Source: Plasmodiophora brassicae (taxonomy: Eukaryota). From it: a DNA stretch of 64,000 nucleotides. The position numbers were made by a program, and so were the translations under genes. Below, piece after piece: positions 1 through 11,529 of this stretch (the first letter of the stretch is position 1; each line of letters starts with the position of its first letter). The stretch lies in NCBI GenBank assembly GCA_036867785.1, contig CP145424.1:558001-622000 (forward strand). The letters run 5' to 3'. The notes under the pieces are model-generated. The model had not been told where the DNA came from and did no database searches. It saw only the letters and a list, made by a program, of their open reading frames with translations.

Positions 1-757
1 GTGCTCGAGGACCTGTTCGAAGACGAGTCTGGCGCGGCGGGGGCTGATGCCCAGCAACGACGACGTACGGCGGGCACAGTCGGCGAGTTCCCGGTCGTCA
101 TGAACGCGATCCTGGGAGGGCGCCGCGATTACCTAGGGCGCTGGCATTACACGTATTAGGTCAAAGGTACCTTGCGGCGGGCGAGATGCAGGCGGTGAGC
201 CCTGGCCACGGTTGTCAGGTCGGGATCGGCTGTGAAGTCCACATTGTACAGCCGTTCAACGCGGGTCTTCCTGTCCAGGAACGCGCTGGCCAGTTCCGAC
301 ACGCCGGATGCCATTCCGGGTGCCCGGCGCTAGGTATATCAAGGCAATGTCACCTGCCGACCGTACCGCATCAGCATCCCTCCCCAGATATATCCAGCGC
401 ATTGGTCAGCAATACCCTGCCTCCAAAGGGTGACATTGGCAAGACGCGACAGTTGAGCCGCAACTGGCAGCCGCTTCGTAAGGCATCTAACAGACAGCTC
501 AGGCTAACAGATCGAGAGCTCGGTCAGGTCGTCGAGCAACGACATTCGACCTCGTCTAGCACGTGCAGGTTCTAGACGGGTCTGCTCAACGGCAACAGTC
601 GGTGTGACGAACGGTGCAGTATCACACCAAACGGCATCGGCTTCCACAAATAGATCGTGGCCCGTACAAGGTGGCGAGGCACCCGCCGCAGCGGGACCAT
701 TGTCACGTTACTGGCGGGGCGCCTTCCAACCCGGAAGGCCGTTGAGGGCCCCTGGCG

Positions 758-2100
758 GTGGCCGACTGGGCGGACGCCCACATATCGTGGGCACTGGCGG
801 TGAACGAAGATCACGATATGGGCGACCAGTTCCATTCCGAGCTGGTGCCGCTGCAGGGGTTCGGCAATGTCGACGCCGTCCCTCAGCAACTGGAATACAA
901 TCTAACAGGGCGGCCGGCGTTCGCCATCGTCAATGTGTTCCTGCGCGGTCAGCAACGTGTTCTCGCATCTGCAGGTCAGAACCCGACCCTTGTTTATCGC
1001 ATGTACATAACGCGATCCGCTCGTAGGAAAGATGCAGTGGATGGACAGTAAGAATCGGCGTCTGTGGGGTTGCTGCTCGTGTTGATCTTGGAAGCGCCCA
1101 GGCGGCCTTCAGGTTGAGACGTCATGTCCCGACGGCGCTTGTGGGCGGTGCCTGGCCAAGGAGACGCTCTGCATGAACACATTCAATGTAGACTTCGCTC
1201 AGTACCGGGTCGGTTGTTGGCCGTAATCAAACACTACTGGTCAGGGCATCGGCGGTATCACGTTCGGCCTGAAAGAACCCGGCGACATTCTCCCGTTCGC
1301 CGTCGGGCCTGGCAACGGCTGGATCGTCAGCCACACGACGTTCGTCTGCGGCACCGACAACATCAAAGTCTCGGCCGCGTTTCCCGGGTGGGCACCTTGG
1401 GACGTTGCCAGCGAATCGTGTCTGACGTGTTCTGCTCCTGTAGCTGCATGATGGCTTGCTGTGGTGGAGAAGGGTTCTTCCTGACGCATGTGTCCATGAA
1501 GAACCATGGCGAAAGGTACTCATCGGGCATTGTACATTTAGACTGCCGATGAACATGCTATGGACCTCGTAGTGGGATGTTCTTTGCCGGCGGGTATGGA
1601 GAGATCATTCGGCACGACAGTATGCCTGCGTGTGCTTTCTTGCGTCAGCGCGTCAAACCGACTCAGGGGGGTGCTTCTAATTGTTAGTCCCGGCCGGCAA
1701 GACGATGTACATCGACAACGGTCTGTTCTTTGCAGTCCACGAGTCAACGAAATTCGAAATCGGTATGGGGGACACAGCTTGATGCGATCGGCACGGTCTG
1801 ACATGTGTGGGTTTCTGCAGGCATCCTCAACCTGAAGGTCTGTAGTCGCGAACAACGCTCGGGTTTGGTCCTGTCTCACCCAACGGTAGACATGCCTGTT
1901 CGGTCAGCAGGGATTCATCATGAAGTTCCATGGTCCATGCGCCCTGTTCACGCAAAGCCGGTAACCATCAGCCGTAATGGCGCACCGTCAGGCTGACGCG
2001 TCTGCACAGCGACCCGCGCATCTTCCGACAGTGCCAACGTGGCCCGCCAGGGCGGAGCAGGCGGGCAGGAGCGGCAGCCGCGGCCGGTGGTATCCAGTAA
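758..2100 (+). CDS. AIM24/DUF124-family protein, multi-exon; start uncertain
   Basis: Spliced reading gives LEYNLTGRPAFAIVNVFLRGQQRVLASA|GKMQWMD, ETLCMNTF, GGITFGLKEPGDILPF, GGEGFFLT, GKTMYIDNGLFFA and GFIMKFHGPCALFTQS, matching AIM24 motifs; GT-AG introns between segments; TAA at 2098-2100. Confidence 0.65.
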
Positions 2101-2404
2101 TCGAGATCACCGAAGGCCTACCCGTGATAGGCAATCGTTGCCCTTCAGTAAAACAACACGCGGGGCACCGACAAATGTTCAGGACCATGCTACTTGACTG
2201 ATAGCGTTGCAGTGCAACATTCCTCGTTCGCCTGCAGTACCAAGGATTTATGCTCGCGGGGAGGATGACCCGGCTAGTGTTCCCCGGCCGTGAGAACGAC
2301 CGGGGCCAGGGATCGCGAGACGCGACAAGTTAGTATACCACCTTGGGGTCGCGGGGAGCGGATCCGCTACGGACTCCGTGGCGGGGTGCAGCGCTGCCAC
2401 AGTC

Positions 2405-4056
2405 ATGCCGCCGTACCTGGTCTGGTTTGCGTCCTCGGATCGCAAGCACTTTGGTGACTTCAGGGTCGACGAGCTCCGTGGCCATCTCGACTATCTCGGC
2501 CTGCAGTCCGACGACGTACCGCGCGACTTGCACATTGTAGGCGCGCTGTATCACTGGCTGCCCCCAGCACGAGCTCACTGCCGTCTAGGACTGTCCGTAT
2601 GTCGTGGTGCCATTGCCAAACGACGAGGCATGTCGTGTCATTATGGAGCGCAGCGTACTGATCAACCGTATTGCTGAAGTTTACGCTTGTGGCCCATCTG
2701 TTGACGAGCTGCTCGAGCGCACCGCCGAGAGGTTTAAATTGCACCCAGAGCAATGCCCGGATGCATCGCAGTCGTTCTGCATGCGCATGCATTCGTTCGG
2801 TGTCTCGATGAAGGATACCGATGCGGTCAGCGTACTGTCTCGGTTCATGAACACGCTCCAATTCCAGGGAACGGTCCAGCTGAAGCGACCCGATTTCCAG
2901 TACGACGTCCTCTGCGATTACGGTACGAAATTGAGCGCTGCTCCTTCCGTAGTAGTTCGTACTGACATCTTCTAAAGGTCGACCTGACACTTCGACGACG
3001 AGACAGTTGAAGAAGGCGTTCTTCACACGCCTTGTCGCCGTCCGGGGAAAATCGATGAGGTTCTCGTTGAAGACCCGTATGGCGATGTGTGTAGCGGGAC
3101 CTTGAACCTCGGTGCTGACTCGTGTGGGGCAGGTGCGTACATCGGCCCGACGTCAACGGACCATCAGCTGGCGCAGTTGATGGCCATTCAAGTTCAGGCG
3201 CGCCCTAATGCCTTCATCTGCGATCCCTTCGCTGGTACGGGGTCTCTCCTTGTGGCCTGTGCGTACTTTGGAGCAAAGGTTCGAAACGTAAACGCCATCG
3301 TCTGGCCCCGGATCTGACGTCGGCGTGGAGCAGTGCGTTGGGTCTGATATCGACTGGAAAGTCGTGCACGGCAAAGACGGCGTCAACTTCAGGTCGAACT
3401 TCTCGCAGTACGAATTGCTTTGCCCTGACATTATCCGATCGGACAACTCCATACCGGTTGGTTCGGATGGTTACTGCCGATACTTCGTCGGTTATACTCA
3501 TCTCGATGTTCGTCGTAGGCATGGAGACACGACATGCGCTTCGATGGCATCATCACTGATCCGCCGTACGGGATTCGAGCCGGGTTCGTCTGTCGTCGTG
3601 GTACTGTGTGGCGTTGTGCTAACGTTCGGCCCGACAGTGCTCGTAAGGCGGGCCAGCGCCGCGAGGCACATCGACGGACAGTCGACACGCGATAGTACGT
3701 CCTCCCCTGCTTAGGCATTCGGATTCGCCTGCTGATGGTTGCATTAGTTTCGAATCGCACTATGCGCCCACACAGCACTACGATCCTGTCGATGTCATGA
3801 GGGACCTGCTGGATATGGCTGCAAGGCATTTACGACTTGGTACCTCACAGCCGAGTTCACTGCTGGACCCAATCTGAGCGTTTGCCCGTTCCCAGGCGCG
3901 CGGCTCGTATACCTTCTACCGGCAACCGCCGACTTCGACCCGGTGGTGGACCTCCCGAGTCACCCGTCGCTGACCTGCGTTGCGAACTCGGAGCAACTGT
4001 GTGCAGGAGGTCTATGTCGACGCCTGATAACCATGGTGAAAACATCGGACCCCTAA
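2405..4056 (+). CDS. TRM11: tRNA (guanine-10-N2)-methyltransferase TRM11, multi-exon
   Basis: Exons encode YIGPTSTD, ICDPFAGTGSLL (SAM-binding), GSDID, FDGIITDPPYGIRAG and C-terminal RRLITMVK*. Confidence 0.88.
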
Positions 4057-4309
4057 ACGACCCATTCACCTGGAATGCTACCGTCTGCTACGTCCCGCGT
4101 AGGAGGTGTACAAATCGAAATGTTGTCCCATACACTGTGTGGCTTCTTTGGGCCTGCAAGAAGGCCATGCAGAGGGCGCAGCGATGTAGCCTGTGCAGAG
4201 CAGGCGCGTACTGCTCTGTGGAGGCGGGACCAGTGGCGCTTCAAGAAAGTCTGCAAACACGTGCAGACTTTCTTGTGGGGCCGCTGCATCCCTTCGAAAC
4301 CTCGGTCCG

Positions 4310-4480
4310 CTGATGAGGTCGTTTCAGACGGCTCTGCTGCTACCCTCGGGTTCACGGGTAATGGGGAGCGTGTTTTATATGGTCTGAAGGAGGGTACCGA
4401 GATCCCCATTGCCACCAGCGCACACATTATCAACGAGGGCAGCAACACGGACGCTCTGCCGATGCCGACATCGCTCAATG
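4310..4480 (+). pseudogene. Degenerate PAS-domain fragment related to the downstream hybrid histidine kinases
   Basis: GERVLYGLKEGTEIPIATSAHIIN aligns with GERTLYGLKKDGTEFAIAIGLNVIN at 12262-12335 with a one-codon deletion; no H-box or kinase follows. Confidence 0.6.
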
Positions 4481-4635
4481 GCATCACCGAAGCGCGATGC
4501 CACATCGGAAGGCGCTCCCCGATCATTTGCACTCGCAGCCACTGCTACCGGAGACGCCAGGGTGCTCTGCCTCAGCAGTACCTGGCGAAACTGTACCCAA
4601 CCACTGCCAATCCAAACTGTAACGACGTCCTAGGT

Positions 4636-6762
4636 TTAGGTCCACGTGCTCCAATCGGTATCGCTTTCCTGTTGGGTGTACGCGCCCTGGTTGTACTTGT
4701 CTCTGTCGGGTTGCCGCCGTCGACCTTTCCCTGAGATGGCGTTTTCAACGCTGCTGGGTGCCAACGGCTGATCAGCAACGGAGTAGGGCAGATGAAAGTA
4801 CGTCGGGATCGCCGGTGCTTGTTTCGGATTGGAAATACTCGACAGTGTAGGGGCAATGCCCGGGTTCGGTAGGACGCTGGTCGCCACCGCGGACGACGGT
4901 GCCCGGTCGCGGGAGCAAACGATGACAAGCAGGACGGCGATCACGAGCATGCCGACAACGCTAAGTACAACCACCATGGTGGTCGTCGTGAAGAACGACC
5001 TGTTGGACGTCGACGGGGACGACGTCGGCGACGCTTTCGGATTCACCACTATCACGTCACCCAGGCTGCTCGAGGAAGACACTATCGCCGGCGACGACTT
5101 GACGAGCGCGTGCGGGGCCGGCGACGACTTGACGAGCGCCTGCAGGGCCGGCGACGACTTGACGAGCGCTGGCGACGATTTGACGAGCGCCTGCGGGGCC
5201 GGCGTTGGCATCGTCCTTGATGGTGACAGCCCGCCGGTTGTCCTCCGACGCACAGCAGACGTCCTAGGGCGCCCTAGGCGAGTCGTTGAGCGCGACGCAG
5301 TCGCTGTGCTGACACGCGGCCGTGAGCTTGTCGACTTCTTCTTCCTCGTATGCGTCGTGCTTCGGGACACCGCAGGATGACGCGATGAAGTTCGCGATCT
5401 CGGCGGAACCGATGAAGGAGCTGGGCGGCGACTAGGTGGCTTCGATGTGGACGGCATTGGGCACAGGGGCAACTGTGGGTACGACGTTGCGAGCAATGGC
5501 GGCGGGACCGGGACACACTTGCCGACTCCCGCGTTCATGGTCAGCCACCTGTAGGCTCTCCCGGTCAGGCAATGCCAGGTCACGTGCGACGCTTGCACGC
5601 ACACGTTCACCAGCACAGGGTTGAACTTGAACAGATCCCAGGGCATCGTGGCGATGTTGTTGTGAGACAGGTCCCTGCATTCGGGTTGGGGTCAACCTGT
5701 GCACCAACGGTACGGAGGGTACACGTACACAGAGTTTAACGACGCCAGACTGTCGAAAAAGTGTGCCGGTACTGCCGTCAGCTTGTTATCAGAGAACGAC
5801 CTGTGCCTGCTTTAGGCGGTACCACGCACGACACGACGAAGGATCTTTGAAGTCTTACACGATGGTCAGCAGAGTGATGCCGTTGAACAAGCTGACCGGC
5901 AGAGACGTCAGAGAATTGTATCCCAGCAATCTGCGACGTCCAGAATCAGTCCACAGTGTACCGCTTTGATTGGTGCGAGCTCATCCGCCTTACAAAGTAT
6001 TCAGCTGCGGAAGGGGTGAAAACATGTTCGCCGATACGATGGTGAATTTGTTCCATGTCAGATCCCTGGCACGTCAGTCAGGAGCTAGGATTATTGTGTG
6101 ATGAGCCAGCATCCGCTACAGGTACGTCAAAGACGGCATGGCAGAGAACGTCGTAGCCGTTATGGCCGGGATCGAGTTACCGTTCAGCGACCTGCAGTGT
6201 ACGTGTCATGGACGGGTCGGATGGACGTGTCCATTCGTGACCGACAGAGATGTTATAATAGGCAGGTTGGCGAAAATCCCGGTCGGTATCGTTCCGATCC
6301 AGTTGTTTGACAGCGCTCTGCACAGGTACGTGAGTGACCTGGCTGAGTGGGATTCCGAACAGGGAACCGTACGTACAGTGTGGTCATGGCCGTCAGCGCA
6401 TCGAAGGCCTGCGCGGCAACTTGCTGGATGTTGTTATTGCTGAGATCCCTGCGTCTATCCGATCAGCGGGCGTTTTCCCAGCACGCAATGCACACGGTTA
6501 CACTGTCGTGATGGACGACACGTCCAGCCCTTGGAACCAGGACGACGTTATCGTTCCCGTTATCGCTAAATTTGTCAGGGTGCTGGCACCACGCAACGTT
6601 ACGCCCTGTATTCGTCATTGTCCGTTCGGCGGCCTACATCTGTCCATTGGACGGGCACGGCGACGCTGGAGCGTACCAGGTACACACGTTCCCGGTCGCC
6701 CATGCCGGCACCGCCAGCAGGAACGCAATGATCCCAAACGGCATCCCTAGGTGCAGCGCCAT
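4636..6762 (-). CDS. LRR-containing type I membrane protein (signal peptide, 7-8 LRRs, S/T/R-rich stalk, one TM helix, short tail)
   Basis: Signal peptide MALHLGMPFGIIAFLLAVPAWA; exons DLSNNNIQQVAAQAFDALTAMTTL, ALSNNWIGTIPTGIFANLPIITSL, SLNGNSIPAITATTFSAMPSLTYL, DLTWNKFTIVSANMFSPLPQLNTL, LLGYNSLTSLPVSLFNGITLLTI, SFSDNKLTAVPAHFFDSLASLNSV, DLSHNNIATMPWDLFKFNPVLVNV; TM MVVVLSVVGMLVIAVLLVIVC. Confidence 0.85.
5087..5204. repeat. Coding tandem repeat, four copies of GGCGACGA(C/T)TTGACGAGCGC in 21-30 nt units, encoding ALVKSSP
   Basis: Repeat visible directly; lies in the stalk of the LRR protein. Confidence 0.9.
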
Positions 6763-7143
6763 GTGGTCTCCTTCCTGGCGAAGGGGGGTAGGGTACACAC
6801 AGGCGATCCGGACACAAAAATCCTGCTGCCTGCTGAACATGTGGGGATGCTCCTGTACGACTGAACGGCGTCGAACTCTGGTACCGGGATCAGTCCTGGG
6901 ATTAATAGTACGCCGCGGTTTTGACGGGGCACCGTTGTATTGGTCTGCTGCGATGCAAGAACGAACACGGCAAGCGGACCACGGCTACCGGCGCTGCCAA
7001 GCAAGACGGGCAATCCGTCGCGTTACTTCGACCCACGGCACCCACTCCGCAGGTGCACGGTCGACTCACCCCGTCCCGCGCAGCGTCTATTTCCGGCGTC
7101 GCTTGATCGCGCAGACCGCAGTTCTGGACGCACCTTGGCGACA

Positions 7144-8751
7144 ATGCCGGCGACGTCGTTGCTGTCCATCGCCTGCACCGTCTTTGGTCCGCACTGCCAA
7201 TGATTGAACGGTCCGTCAGCGCGCTGACTTATTCTTTAGTAATGGCGGCGTTCGGGAGCGTTGTACTCCCCAACAGGCGAACAGGTGGCCGCCTGTCGTT
7301 CCACAGCCCGGCGGCGTCCCGGTTTCTCGGCCCGCAAGTCGACGACCATCTGGGACCCGTCTCGCTTCGGGTCTACGTTTTCCGTGGTGACGCGTGTAAC
7401 CCCAGCGACATCGACGCGAACCTCGTTCGCAATCGTGCCGTCGTCATGACCGGCAATCGGGCCTGTAGCTTCACACAGCGGTTCGCCAACTTCGCGTCGA
7501 AAGGCGCCGCCGCCGTTCTAGGTATACAACGGCCACGCCGGAAGTCCTGCGTGCGACGCTGACCCCCCACGTTCGCTGTCGACAGTTAAGGCGGCCACGG
7601 GCACCCAGCCGGGTCGATACGTGCACTTCCGGGACGGCTCCGAATCCGGTTGGCATCGTCGGCACCCGATGCTTTTCGTCGAGGTCGACTACGCCCGCAG
7701 CGTCGTCGAGGACGCGGAATCCCCAGCGGGTCTGACCGTCCAGATCACGGTCGACAACAACGAATGGGTCGACGCGTTCGCGTCCTGGCCCTACCAGGCC
7801 TTCGTACGATGGATCCCGGCGCTCGTCTTTGGCGTCGCTGGCGTCGCCGGCGTCTATTTCCTCGTCGTTCACCTCCTGTTGATCAACGACCGTTTTCTGG
7901 CGAAGACCGTCGCGAAACGACGGACGTGGCGTCGTCGCGTTGCGTTTGCTACGAGCGCCCTCGTTAACGGCCACCTTGTCGCGCTAGTCCTCGAGATGGT
8001 GTCATCCTTCGCCATGGCCGTCGTCATGGGCGTCACCGGGTTCTACTCGACGTCGAACGCGCCCGCCTGGGTGACGCTATTCTTCCACATGCAACTGTCC
8101 GGGTGGGCGTTCGTTGCCACGTTCCTGTCGTCGATCTTCTGGGCGCAGCGCCTGGAGAAGATCATCCCGGGGCGCAAGTGGTGCATCACTGGCATGCTTC
8201 GCGGCGAGCACCCCCGCGCCAGCGCCATCGTCTGCCTTGTGATCTTCCTGCTCGAGGTCGCCATCGACGTCTCGTACATCACGTACCAGAGCTGGAGGTC
8301 GAGATGGTCGCCGTTCATGCCGTTGCCGCAGCTGGCCGCCGGCATCTTCGCGCTCGTCGAGCTGATCCTGGGAGTGAACTTCCTGGTCGGCACTGTCCGG
8401 TACCTGTACGAGGTGTCGAAGACGACGATCGCGCAGCGGGACACCGGCGTGCACCGCGTCCTGCGTCGTGTCTGGTGGTGCGCGTTCCTGATCGGCCTGT
8501 CGATGATGTCGTACGTGATCTGCGGCATCGTCATGGTCGCCTGCTACAGGTGGTTCTGGGCACCAACCGGATGGACTGTGGTCTGGGGCGCCGGATCCAT
8601 CGCCAGGGCCACTGGCGGCCTAGCCCGCGTCTTCATGTTCCAGCCCCGTCGACGAGGCCGATCGGCACACTCGCAGCCAGGGTACCTGAACTCCCAGCGG
8701 AGACCGACGTCACTCGGGGCCATGTCCGCACACACAACCTCACAGGCATAG
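7144..8751 (+). CDS. PA (protease-associated) domain plus 7-transmembrane protein, GPCR-like; start uncertain
   Basis: GDACNP...NRAVVMTGNRACSFTQRFANFASKGAAAVL fits the PA consensus; the long exon ending at 8751 has seven hydrophobic segments. Confidence 0.65.
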
Positions 8752-8832
8752 AACGTAATGGACTTCACATCATATACTACCTATACGAGTCGGGACATTA
8801 ATAGGTGCCCTCCTCGTTGAACGACGAACGCT

Positions 8833-8845
8833 ATAAATAGCAGGC
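8833..8845 (+). promoter_or_regulatory. TATA-like element ATAAATAGCAGGC upstream of histidine kinase copy 1
   Basis: TATAAATA about 50 nt upstream of the ATG; the same 13-mer recurs at 14245-14257 upstream of copy 3. Confidence 0.5.
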
Positions 8846-8883
8846 CATTTCCACCACCCGGCGACAGCACGCACCGGAGGACG

Positions 8884-11071
8884 ATGGCGCACCGCACGGT
8901 GTTCTCGAAGATCGGCTCCCTCTTGCCGCCTAAGCGACGGAGCCGGCTCGACCCGGCCAAGGAGCAGTCGCCGGTATGTTTGGCGGTCGGGCAGGTGTTC
9001 GAGGCCTCGTCGAACGCAATGGTCATCGTCGACAAGGGCGGGAACATTGTCGTGGCGAACGGGACTGCCGAGGACCTGTTCCAGTACGGACGCGGTGAGC
9101 TGGTCGGCAGCAACGTCAACGTGCTGGTGCCCAGCCGTTTCGCGGCGTCCCATCCGCTGGCGGTTGCCGCGTTCATGACGAACCCTTGCTCTCTGCCGAT
9201 TGGCATCGGGCGCGACGTGTGCGGCGTAAGGAAAGACGGCACGGAGATCCCGCTGGAGATCAGCCTGAGCCCTATCAAGGTCCAGGACGACGTCTTCATG
9301 GCTGCAGTCATTGCCGACATCACCGAGCGCAAACGCGGCGAGCGAATGTTCCGGATTGCCGTTGAAGCATCGACGACGGCCATGATCATGGTGGACGCCG
9401 CCATGCGGATCGTACTGGTGAACGCGAGGACGGAAGCGCTGTTCCAGTTCGCGCGAGCTGAAATGATCGGTAACGACCTGAACTTGGTGATCCCTGAGCG
9501 GTTCCAGGAACATATTGCCCTGCTGGTGCACGAACCGACGACAACGACCGCTGTCGGCAAGCGATCAGAGCGGACCCTATTCGGGTTGAAGAAGGATGGC
9601 ACGGAGGTCGCGATTGCCGTCGGCGTGAACGTGATCAACGCCAACGATGCTGGTGGCGACGATACGTTGGTGTTGATATCGGTCACGGACCTCACCGAGA
9701 AGATCGAGATGGAGAACCTGATCAAGTCCAACCAGGTCGCACTCGAGGCATCGCGCCTGAAGTCGACCTTCCTGGCCAACATGAGCCACGAAATTCGGAC
9801 GCCACTCAGCGGGATCAGTACGTCCGCATGCCAGCCGCGTATCTCATGACCAGACAGTGACCAGTGGTGCAGTGACGACCGTCGACCTTCTGTCGTCCAC
9901 CGACCTCTCCGACGAACAACGCCAGTACGTGGGCATGATGCAGGAATCATCGCGGACGCTGACGGGCATTCTGAACAATGTCCTCGACCTGTCCAAGATC
10001 GAAGCCGGCAAGGCCGAAATGGAATTCGTCGGGTTCGACCTGTGCGAGCTGGTCCAGAACCAGCGCGCTCTGGTTCGTCACCGTCTGGCAGATCGCGGCG
10101 TGTCTTTCCATGTGTCGTCCCCGGCGACACCCGTTATCGTCGTCACCGACGAGGTCAAGGTTCGCCAGATACTGCTCAACGTTCTCGATAACGCCGTCAA
10201 GTTCACTGGGGACGACGGCTGCATAACGCTCCGTCTGGACGTCGTGGATCCCGTCAACGGCGTGAAACCTTTGCTGCCACCGAGCGCGCCTGACCAGCTG
10301 TCGTCGTCGTCGTCGTCGTCCAACGTTGTCACCGTCAGCCTGTCTGTCTCGGATACTGGGATTGGTATGCCTCTGGACGCCATGGACGACCTGTTCTCCG
10401 ACTTCTACCAAGCCGATCAGAGCACAACGAGGCGTTATGGCGGCACCGGGCTCGGCCTGGCGATCTGCCAGAAACTGGTCCACATGCTGGGCGGGGCGAT
10501 TTCGGTCCAGTCCGAAGAGGGCAAAGGAACGACCTTTGTGATCACGTTGGCGTTTCTGCGCGTCAATGGCAGGGCAGGGCTGCCCAGCGCTCAGACGTGC
10601 GATGTCTGTGATCGTGACACCGAACGTGAGGACGGCGTGCAGGGTCGCCAGTCGGACGAGGCCTGGCATCGTGCCGAGGCGCCACTACGTATCCTCGTCG
10701 TCGAGGACAACGATGTCAATCGCGCCATCTTGCGGCGCGTCCTGGAGAAGTTCGGGCACAACGTGGAAGTCGCGAACGATGGGATGCAGGCGGTGTCGGT
10801 GCTGGCGAACCCCATCCAGTTCGACGTGGTGTTCATGGACTGTCAGATGCCGACCATGGACGGGTACGAAGCGACCAGGATCATTCGTGCGATGCCTCAT
10901 CGGAAGACGCTCCCCATTGTCGCGCTGACGGCCAGCGCCATCAAAGGCGACAGGGAACGCTGCTTGGCAGCCGGAATGAACGACTATCTGACAAAGCCGA
11001 TCCGCATCGACAAGCTGAAACAGACGATCAACGCTGTCCGACCAGTTGCGGGGCCGGTATCACCACATTAA
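8884..11071 (+). CDS. Hybrid sensor histidine kinase copy 1 (PAS-PAS-HisKA-HATPase-REC); intron 9818-9872
   Basis: H-box FLANMSHEIRTPL, N-box NVLDNAVKFT, DTGIG, GGTGLGL, receiver FMDCQMP and LTKP. Confidence 0.95.
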
Positions 11072-11529
11072 AAGGCACCCGCATCTGGTCTTCTAGCATT
11101 CCAGCTGCTGGCGGGCGCCGATCAGGCGTTTGAGTGCTCCAACGAACGCGAGTCGAGCCGGACAGATTGCAATTCAATAATATAGCATGTCACGAAGCAA
11201 CCCCGCGCGTCTCAACAATCGAATCGTCGACCTCGTCTCTCCACGCGCGGCTAAACATAGCATGGAGTACGACTGGACCAAAACGCGGGGTTCCCCAGGG
11301 CCGATGACCAGCGAGTCCCCAAACGCGCCTCGGCTGGCTGCCGCGTGCCGCCGCGCATCGCGGCGATGCCGATGCGACAGGGGGGTGTCCAAAACGGGAG
11401 CCGGGTCGGGGCAGCAGAGCTGCAGGCGCGCACGGGGCGGGGCGCGACCGACGCGGCGTGCCGCGTGTGGCCGCGGTCGTCGTTGGCCCACAAGTTCGGG
11501 GGCCCAGCCCGCCGCACACGAAAGTCGTC

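Noticed and set aside
1-159. Possible 3' end of an upstream gene (VLEDLFED...HYTY*)
   Set aside because: Too short and lacking motifs to call
5087-5204. Repeat as a CRISPR array
   Set aside because: Contiguous in-frame coding repeat without unique spacers or cas genes
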